Source: Macrostomum lignano (taxonomy: Eukaryota). From it: a stretch of DNA of 64,000 nt. Below the pieces are notes generated by a model. The model was not told where the DNA came from. It ran no database searches and saw nothing but the letters and a program-made list of their open reading frames with translations. The first letter of the stretch is position 1, and every line of letters begins with the position of its first letter. Location of the stretch: positions 42,871-106,870 of the forward strand of contig NIVC01002283.1 of the NCBI GenBank assembly GCA_002269645.1, given 5' to 3'. The position numbers and the translations under genes were made by a program. Positions 54,677 through 64,000 of the stretch are shown one piece after another.

Positions 54677-55724
54677 TAGTATTTCGCTTGCTGTTCATCG
54701 TAGATAGGATAATGTACTTTTCGAAGTTATAAGGACAGGTTAAAAGAATCGTCGATCTGTACTTTTAAAGTCAGTGTGCTAAGTCTGCAATAATCCTACG
54801 TAGATGTCTATTGCATTGTATTGCTAAATTTATTTGAGAATTTAAATAACAAGAATAGACACTCCCTTGAGGGGACCGGCGGAAGGCCGGACAGAAAGGC
54901 TTGTGAGGGGCGCAAGTTTTACGTCTTTTTACGTAAAAATTGTTTTACGTCAATTTAGATGCACATAGCTTCTGTTCAGATTAAATGTTCCAAGCAGCAT
55001 TAAAATTTTACTGTTGTATATCAGGGCGCAACACGGGCGCTTGTTTACGTGTATTTATATTAGCGATGCAATTGCCTTCAAAGAAACCATTCTATGCATT
55101 TTATAACGGCACGGTAACTTAATATAGTGAATGCGTTAATTCTATACACATTTGGGTGCCTACATTGTACATGTAATGTGTTTAAATGTAGGGCTCCCCT
55201 AATCCAACTGATCGATTCGTAAGTTGATTGTTAAAGTTCAGACTCAACTCTGAATCTGATTAACGGCCATGTCTCTCATTAATGAATTAGCACTCCAAGT
55301 GCATATGTAATGCAATTGCAGAAGCAGATTGCTTTTCCAGAAATTGCTGGCGGCCGGCCATGCGAGAACCCCATATCACACACGTGTCAAATGTCGGTAT
55401 GCTAAAATAATGAGATGAATTATTAATTAACTTGTCCCACAGCCCGCTACGCCGACACTCTGCCGCTTTTCCTGCCTCTGCCTGCCTGCTTCCTCTGCAT
55501 GTAATAAATATGGCCGCACTCGCAGAATCGTGAAGCGTCGGTGAACGCAAACTACTTTACTATAAGTAGAAATATTAGCAAAAACAGCGATAATCGGTAT
55601 GTGATTGAAAACTGTGGAAATCGAATTATTTTAAATCACGAGTGCAATTTCAGATGCCAGACGAACTCGCCAGCTCAAAGGTCCACCCTGTTCCTGCTGA
55701 CCATGCTCAGAATGAGCACGGCAG

Positions 55725-57422
55725 TCACTGCCACCATGCCGGCAGCAGGGCGGTGAGCACCGGCAGCAGGGTGATCAGCACCATCGACCATTTCCGCTGG
55801 CCACTCAGACAGTCGCTCGGCTGCACCGTGGGGTTGAAGTCCACCTCCCGGGTGCAATCGTCGCAGCAGGTGGCCACCTGGCTGCCTCCGGCCGGGTAGC
55901 AGCAGAACTGCTTGGCCGGACAGAGGCTGGTCAGGCGGGCGTAACTCAGGCTGCGGTACTGGTCCTGCAGGTCCACCTCGCCGCAGGGGGCGTTTCTGAC
56001 TGCAGTTGCGGAGCTTCAGCTTTTCATTTTTTTGTAGTATGCTAATTATGCTAATTATGCTAATTAATGATCAGGATTTTTCGAGAGATTGGTTTCAATA
56101 AGTGGGATATGGATTCTCCAAGATTATGATCTCTCCCTGAGATTGGATTCTCCAAGATTAGGATCTCTTCCTGAGATTGGATTCTCCAAGATTGGGATCT
56201 CTTTTGAGATTGGATTCTCCAAGATTGGGATCTCTTTTTGAGATTGGATTCTCCAAGATTAGGATCTCTTCCTGAGATTGGATTCTCCAAGATTATGATC
56301 TCTCCCTGAGATTGGATTCTCCAAGATTGGGATCTCTCCCTGAGATTGGATTCTCCAAGATTGGGATCTCTTTTTGAGATTGGATTCTCCAAGATTGGGA
56401 TCTCTTTTTGAGATTGGATTCTCCAAGATTGGGATCTCTCCCTGAGATTGGATTCTCCAAGATTAGGATCTCTTCCTGAGATTGGATTCTCCAAGATTAT
56501 GATCTCTTCCTGAGATTGGATTCTCCAAGATTGGGATCTCTGTTTGAGATTGGATTCTCCAAGATTGGGGTCTCTTCCTGAGATTGGATTCTCCAAGATT
56601 AGGATCTCTCCCTGAGATTGGATTCTCCAAGATTGGGATCTCTTTTTGAGATTGGATTCTCCAAGATTGGGATCTCTTCCTGAGATTGGATTCTTCAAGA
56701 TTAGGATCTCTCCCTGAGATTGGATTCTCCAAGATTAGGATCTCTCCCTGAGATTGGATTCTCCAAGATTAGGATCTCTCCCTGAGATTGGATTCTCCAA
56801 GATTGGGATCACTTTTTGAGATTGGATTCTCCAAGATTGGGATCTCTTTTTAGATTGGATTCTCCAAGATTAGGATCTCTCCCTGAGATTGGATTCTCCA
56901 AGATTGGGATCTCTTCCTGAGATTGGATTCTCCAAGATTATGATCTCTTCCTGAGATTGGATTCTCCAAGATTAGGATCTCTCCCTGAGATTGGATTCTC
57001 CAAGATTAGGATCTCTCCCTGAGATTGGATTCTCCAAGATTATGATCTCTTCCTGAGATTGGATTCTCCAAGATTAGGATCTCTCCCTGAGATTGGATTC
57101 TCCAAGATTAGGATCTCTCCCTGAGATTGGATTCTCCAAGATTAGGATCTCTCCCGAGATTGGATTCTCCAAGATTAGGATCTCTTTTTGAGATTGGATT
57201 CTCCAAGATTAGGATCTCTCCCGAGATTGGATTCTCCAAGATTAGGATCTCTTTTTGAGATTGGATTCTCCAAGATTAGGATCTCTCCCTGAGATCAGAC
57301 TCTAGAATAGGGAGCTTCCCGCGGACACGCAGTCAGCCATGCTTACCAAAGTTGCTTTGAGCTGTTGGCAGCTGCTGAACCAGGCTGATGAAGAGGAGGC
57401 AGCCAGAGACTGAGCGCCGCAT
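55725..57422 (-). CDS. Small secreted, probably GPI-anchored, Cys-rich protein, 2 exons, 116 aa
   Basis: Exon 1 57422-57347 (MRRSVSGCLLFISLVQQLPTAQSNF, donor G|GTAAGC) and exon 2 55999-55725 (acceptor CTGCAG) join in phase 1. It has 8 Cys in the mature part and a hydrophobic C-terminal tail MVLITLLPVLTALLPAWWQ. Confidence 0.75.
56075..57297. repeat. 34-bp minisatellite filling the intron of the Cys-rich gene
   Basis: GAGATTGGATTCTCCAAGATTAGGATCTCTCCCT, about 36 copies. Confidence 0.96.
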
Positions 57423-57619
57423 TCTCCAGTTATGGCAAGCGACTGAATCAAACAGTGAAGTGCGCAGCTCAGACTGTCATTTGAAATAACACTGCAGAGA
57501 CGCTGAGTTGTGCCCCATCAACATTATTTTTCATTTACCTTCTAGTATGCCCGTCGCGAATGCAGAAACACTTCGTAGTCTATGGCACTAACCATGCCGT
57601 ATTAGCGGCCTGCATCTCC

Positions 57620-57935
57620 CACAGCCCCCCTCACCCCCACAGCTTCTCCTCATCCCCACAGCTCCCCTCATCCCCACAGCTCCCCTCATCCCCACAGCTC
57701 CTCCTCATCTCAACAGCTCCCTCACCCCCACAGCTCCCCTCACCCCCACAGCCCCCCTCATCCCCACAGCTTCTCCTCACCCCCACAGCTCCTCCTCATC
57801 CCCACAGCTTCTCCTCATCTCAACAGCTTCTCCTCATCCCCACAGCTCCCCTCATCCCCACAGCTCCTCCTCATCCCCACAGCTCCTCCTCATCTCAACA
57901 GCTCCCCTCATCCCCACAGCTCCCCTCATCCCTCA
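57620..57935. repeat. Degenerate C-rich 18-21 bp minisatellite (CATCCCCACAGCTCCCCT)
   Basis: Tandem units read directly. Confidence 0.85.
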
Positions 57936-58329
57936 CAGAAACTGCTTGCTGCAAATGCTGCATACAAAGTGTGGCAATTATCAAATTCTCCGCACAAACC
58001 ACTCAGTTCAAGGAGCCGCCCACGGACAGTTGCGCCCCACTGCTCACTCGCTGAGTCACGGACTCGCCCCAGAGTCGGTGGCGAGGGTGTCGGGCTTCCC
58101 GTATCGATCGACACCCAACAGGCGAGGGCCGAACTCGGGGCTGGGATCCTCGTGAGCGGGACATGGGCAGAGGGGGTGTGAGACATATGCAGATATTGGA
58201 ATTGCAATGAGGGCTTGGGAAGTTAAAATTCAAAGCCAAGCTGCCGGGTTTGAAACATAACAGGAGAACAGAGACTCAAACTGCTTGTGCGAACTTTTGT
58301 TTTGGACACTCAAGTGAGCCTGTTTTACT

Positions 58330-58881
<552 letters not shown>

Positions 58882-58885
58882 GCCA

Positions 58886-61800
58886 ATGTCAGGCGAAGGC
58901 ATCGACCTGTCCATCCTGGCCGTGGAGCGCTGGCGGGAGAAGCAGCTGGAGGCGGTGCTCCGTGGCGACCTCGCCACCCTCAAGGCCTCCTACGAGTCGC
59001 CGTGGTGCGCAGCCAGCACGTGGAGTCGCTGCCGCCCGCCTTGGTCGTGCAGTCTCCGCTGGCGTGGGCGGTGCTGGGCGGCCACGCCGAGCTGGTGGGC
59101 TACTTGGTGCGGGAGCGAAGCGAGCGGCTGCCGTTCCCGCACCGCCTGGCCGCCTGCGGCTGCTCGCTGTGCGAGCGCTGCGCCAGGACCCGCGCCTGCG
59201 CCGGCTGTACGCCGAGCGCCTCCTGCCGGCGCTGGTCTCGCCGCTCTACCAGGCATTCAGGGCGTCCGGCGAGGACGTCCTTCAGCAGGGCCTCAACCTG
59301 ATGCGCCGGCTGGGCCACCTGGAGCCGCTGCTGCCGCGGGAGCTCCTGCTGCCGGTCCGCCTCGGGGGCTGCCGCTCGCTGGTGCTGCTGCTGGACGGCT
59401 GCTGGACTAGCGAGGAGGCCTTCGCGCTGCTGCTGGACGCCTTCGCGCCAGAGGATCGGCTGGGCCGGCTGAAGCACTTCGCCGACCTGGAACTGCGGGA
59501 GCCGCTGGCGCACCAGGCCGCTCAGCTCGTGCTGGACAGGGCCTGGGAGCACGGCTGCCGCTGGCCTGAGGAGCGGCTGCCGCAGGGTCTGCCGGGTGAG
59601 AGCTGGCGGCGATTCGGGTTGGGATTTGGGGTTGGGACTTGGGAGTTGGGGTCGAGACTTGGGATTTGGGATTGGGACATGGGAGTTGGGATTGGGACTT
59701 GGGAGTTGGGGTTGGGACATGGGAGTTGGGATTGGGACTTGGGAGTTGGGATTGGGACTTGGGAGTTGGGATTGGGACTTGGGAGTTGGGGTTGGGACAT
59801 GGGATTTGGGATTGGGACTTGGGAGTTGGGGTTGGGACATGGGATTTGGGATTGGGACTTGGATTTGGGACTGGGACTTTGGATCTGGGGTTGGGACTTG
59901 GGACTTGGGATTGGGACTTGGGATTTAGCGTTCGGTTGTAGTTTTGTGAGGTTCAAAAGGGATTTGAATCCGGATCCTTGGCCCCGCCGACCCCGCAGGC
60001 AGCTCGAGCTCGGGCCTGGCACTCGCCGCTACCGCTGGCTACGCCCTGTCTCCCGTCTACCTGCTGTTCCCGCACCCGCGCCTCCGCCCGCTGTGCCAGA
60101 GCGCCCGCTTCTGCCACGCCCTCGACACCGTCGCCTTCGCCGTCAGCCTCGCCCTGCTGGCCTCCTGGGTCTCCTCCGCCCGCGACCTCGGCGACAGCGT
60201 CGCCAAGTCGGCCGTCTGCGGCGCGTCCGGCACCGCCTGGATTGGCGGAGGCCAGCTGGCGCTGCAGGCTCTGTTCCTCATCTTCATGTTCGCCTACCTG
60301 GTGAAGAATGTGCACCACCTGTGCCTGCTGGGGCCTCGCCGATTGGCCCTGGTCACCGGCTTCTTCGGGCTGCTGCACCACCTTGCCGTTGCCTGCTATC
60401 TGGCCGGCCTGCCGCTGACCTTCATCTGGGCCTCCCGCCTCCGCGCCTCCAGTGAGCGGCTGCTGGCCGGCCTGCCGAACGGCACCGACATCCGCGCCTG
60501 CGTGTGCGCCGCCGGCCTCAACGTGTCCGCTCTGGTCTGCTCGCAGCCCGCCAGCCTCGCCTGCCCCGGCCTCGGCAACTTCACCGCTGCCTTCTCCGCC
60601 CTCCTGCTGGATGGCCTGGAGCCTCACCTGGCCGGCAGCGTTGCCATGGGCTTCGGGCACGCCTTCACCCTGCTGAGCATCTTCTCCATGGCTGCGCTGC
60701 AGAGGTAGCACCCTGACTGATATTCACCTGACTGATTCCCCACCTGACTGATTCCCCACCTGACTGATTCCCCACCTGACTGATTCCCCACCTGACTGAT
60801 TCCCCACCTGACTGATTCCCCACCTGACTGATTCCCCACCTGACTGATTCCCCACCTGACTGATTCCCCACCTGACTGATTCCCCACCTGACTGATTCCT
60901 ACCTGACTGATTCCCTACCTGACTGATTCCCCACCTGACTGATTCCCCACCTGACTGATTCCCTACCTGACTGATTCCCACCTGACTGATTCCCTACCTG
61001 ACTGATTCCCCACCTGACTGATTCCCCACCTGACTGATTCCCCACCTGACTGATTCCCCACCTGACTGATTCCCCACCTGACTGATTCCCCACCTGACTG
61101 ATTCCCCACCTGACTGATTCCCCACCTGACTGATTCCCTACCTGACTGATTCCCCACCTGACTGATTCCCCACCTGACTGATTCCCCACCTGACTGATTC
61201 CCCACCTGACTGATTCCCCACCTGACTGATTCCCCACCTGACTGATTCCCCACCTGACTGATTCCCCACCTGACTGATTCCCCACCTGACTGATTCCCCA
61301 CCTGACTGATTCCCCACCTGACTGATTCCCCACCTGACTGATTCCCCACCTGACTGATTCCCCACCTGACTGATTCCCTACGTGACTGGTTCCCCACCTG
61401 ACTGATTCCCCACCTGACTGATTCCCTACCTGACTGATTCCCCACCTGACTGATTCCCCACCTGACTGATTCCCCATCGCAGGCACGTGGGCACCCTGGT
61501 GGTCTCGCTGAGCCGGGTGCTGAAGGACGTGCTGAACTTTGCCGCGATCCTCCTGGTGGTGCTGAGCGCCTGGACCTGCCTGCTGATCACCCTGTACCGC
61601 GTGGTGTCCTGCGCCAGCGCCTACTTCCAGTCTGACGGGACGGTGTTCCAGACGCTGTTCTGGTCGCTGCTGACAATGTCGGCCCGGGAAGACCACCTGC
61701 TGCAGTCTGGCGCCTCCGGCCACGTCAGCCTGAAGACCCTGGAGCTGCTGGGCTTCCTGGCGCACATCTCCTTCGTGATAGTCGGCGCAGTTGTGCTGAT

Positions 61801-62152
61801 CAACCTGCTGGTGGCCATGATGTCCGAGACCTTCGCCCAGCTGTCCGCGGTGCGCGAGTCCGACTGGCTGTACCGGGCATCGCTGACGAAGATCAAGTAC
61901 CTGCAGGTCGGGCCGGACCTGCCGGTGCCATTCAACCTGCTGTGGCCGCTGCACCTGCTGACCCTGCTGCTGTGGGACGCAATCAGCCGCGCTATGCGGG
62001 ACGGCCCGGCCGAAGTCCCCGTCAGCTACCTGCGGCGGCGAACCCAGCTGGAGTACGGAGCCGTGCTCAGCACCGCCAGGCAGCGGCTGCGGATGCGTCT
62101 TCTGGCTGGGGATGTCCGGCCTGCCGCCGCTGACTTGGGGGTCAGGGCCTGA
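58886..62152 (+). CDS. Divergent TRPC-like cation channel, at least 3 exons, about 695 aa from ATG 58886, with two apparent -1 frameshifts; possible upstream exon ending at 58151
   Basis: Exons 58882-59595, 59999-60704, 61483-62152. Ankyrin [22 protein letters not shown]_2-like PH...CGCSLC and [25 protein letters not shown], pore [10 protein letters not shown]6 [22 protein letters not shown]. One C appears missing at each of about 59000 and 59183. Confidence 0.85.
59628..59925. repeat. 20-bp G-run minisatellite (GGGAGTTGGGATTGGGACTT) in a TRP intron
   Basis: Exact 20-bp periodicity with three GGG runs per unit. Confidence 0.93.
60712..61476. repeat. 16-bp minisatellite (CCCCACCTGACTGATT) filling a TRP intron almost end to end
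   Basis: About 47 units between donor 60705 and acceptor 61482. Confidence 0.96.
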
Positions 62153-62460
62153 CCGGAGCTGCTGACTTGGGGTCAGGGCCTGACCGGAGCTGCTGACTTG
62201 GGGGTCAGGGCCTGACCGGAGCTGCTACTTGGGGTCAGGGCCTGACCGGAGCTGCTGACTTGGGGGTCAGGGCCTGACCGGAGCTGCTGACTTGGGGGTC
62301 AGGGCCTGACCGGAGCTGCTGACTTGGGGGTCAGGGCCTGACCGGAGCTGCTGACTTGGGGGTCAGGGCCTGACCGGAGCTGCTGACTTGGGGGTCAGGG
62401 CCTGACCGGAGCTGCTGACTTGGGGTCAGGGCCTGACCGGAGCTGCTGACTTGGGGTCAG
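62126..62460. repeat. 32-bp minisatellite overlapping the 3' end of the TRP ORF
   Basis: CTGACTTGGGGGTCAGGGCCTGACCGGAGCTG, about 10 copies; the ORF's TGA lies in the first unit. Confidence 0.93.
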
Positions 62461-62723
62461 CCGTTTAGGTACTTATGGAGAAGTTCATTGATGAGTAGTG
62501 ATTCAGTATTGAATTTTGTTGTTTTATGGTTAAACTGAAAGGTAAATTTTGTAATTTAAATAAGCACATACAACACACACTGGTGTTGTCTCACCTAAAT
62601 ATAAAGTCTCCTGATTTTGCTATTATTTTCTCAGCTTAAGAGAATCAAATTTTTACAATTCTCTCATTTCACTTTGGTGCAGCAGTGCTCAGCTTTATCT
62701 TATATTAACAGACATTTTTGAGC

Positions 62724-63450
62724 AGACAGGAACAGACATGAACAGACCGGAACAGAGAGGAACAGACAGGAACAGACAGGAACAGAGAGGAACAGACAGG
62801 AACAGACAGGAACAGACAGAACAGACAGGAACAGACAGGAACAGACAGGAACAGAGAGAACACACAGGAACAGACAGGAACAGACAGGAACAGAGAGGAA
62901 CAGACAGGAACAGACAGGAACAGAGAGAACAGACAGGAACAGACAGGAACAGACAGGAACAGACAGGAACAGACAGGAACAGACAGGAACAGAGAGGAAC
63001 AGACAGGAACAGACAGGAACAGACAGGAACAGACAGGAACAGACAGGAACAGACAGGAACAGACAGGAACAGACAGGAGCAAGAGGAACAGACAGGAACA
63101 GACAGGAACAGACAGGAGCAGAGAGGAACAGACAGGACAGACAGGAAAGACAGGACAACAGCACAACAGGAACAGACAGGAACAGACAGGAACAGACAGG
63201 AACAGACAGGAAGACGAAGACAGGAGCAAGAGAACAGACAGCAGACAGGAACAGACAGGAACAGACAGGAACACAGCAGAACAGACAGGAGACAGGCAGA
63301 CAGGAACAGACAGGAACAGACAGGAACAGACAGAGAAAGACAGGAACAGACAAAAGCAGACAGGAACAGAAGGGGAGGGAACGAGCAGAAGAGCGGATAG
63401 AGCAGACAGGAACAGACAGGAACAGACAGGAACAGACAGGAGCAGACAGG
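62724..63450. repeat. 10-bp minisatellite (GACAGGAACA), degenerating rightwards
   Basis: Tandem units read directly. Confidence 0.93.
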
Positions 63451-64000
63451 AACACGACAAGAACACCTGAAGGAGCGGATAGACGAACTGACATGAACAG
63501 AAAAGGCATTGTAAAGCAGAAAAGTCAGAAATGGATATTTCTCCAAACTTTCCACTGCAAAGCAGGCAGCACCTGAGCTCGCCATCCCCTGGTGAAAAAC
63601 TTGGGCTACGCAGAGCCGGATGCGGAGACTCCCCAGGAAAGGTGGGGGAGTCTGGCCGAGATTTGCATTTCGGCCGGCCTGAATGGAACGGGGATTCCGC
63701 AGAAATATCTCCCCACTACCTGGAGCATTGTTGCTCGCGATGGAGGAGCATGGCAACAATGGCTCGCGCAGACTATGAGAGGGCAGCTGGAGCGAGCGAA
63801 AGTAGAAAAGCCTGAATTTGCACTTTAAAACCCGCCTTCAGTGCTTTGGTTAGCAACTTCTATTCCCCTTTCTCTATGTAGTAATTCAGAAACAGCTCGA
63901 GCAAAATACTATTAAATGTTATGGAAATCAAGCCACTGTTAAACTTGAATTTAAGTCACAACCTGATATTCGCCTCTAATGACTTCTTTTACTCATGCTT

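Noticed and set aside
53810-54876. 13-bp direct repeat CCCTTGAGGGGAC flanking the foldback region
   Set aside because: Too short, and no matching element ends lie inside it.
63531-63828. Short GC-rich ORFs after the last minisatellite as a possible terminal TRP exon
   Set aside because: No recognisable motif and no convincing phase-compatible splice sites.

Overview
This is eukaryotic (metazoan) genomic DNA: GC-rich exons, GT-AG introns packed with mini/microsatellites, and AT-rich islands. The style suggests a repeat-rich invertebrate such as the flatworm Macrostomum; that is an inference and was not verified. Genes reconstructed by hand: a 6-exon 4-coumarate-CoA-ligase/luciferase-like acyl-CoA synthetase (60-5506,+); an intronless DEG/ENaC channel (9310-11156,+); an intronless class I SAM methyltransferase (19465-20241,+); an orphan single-pass membrane protein (22485-23294,-); two tandem paralogs of a double-C2H2-zinc-finger + ALKBH2/3-like protein (24785-25852 and 27197-28393,-); an aldo-keto-reductase-like probable pseudoenzyme (31460-32583,-) with an upstream signal-peptide exon; a miniaturised neprilysin/M13-like protein lacking HExxH (38301-40488,+); a 7-exon Na+/K+-ATPase alpha subunit (41294-52257,+); a 2-exon small Cys-rich, probably GPI-anchored protein (55725-57422,-); and a divergent TRPC-like channel (about 57946/58886-62152,+). 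Mobile DNA: two non-autonomous hAT-type elements with exact 8-bp target-site duplications, three long-TIR foldback elements, a PIF/Harbinger fragment and a further MITE. Five reading-frame breaks in three genes can each be repaired by adding one C in a C-run, most likely long-read assembly errors. Most long ORFs in the supplied track are translations of tandem repeats. No rRNA, tRNA or CRISPR array was seen. The best leads are the ZnF-AlkB pair with altered cofactor residues near an intronless methyltransferase, and a 16-kb run of apparent pseudoenzymes.
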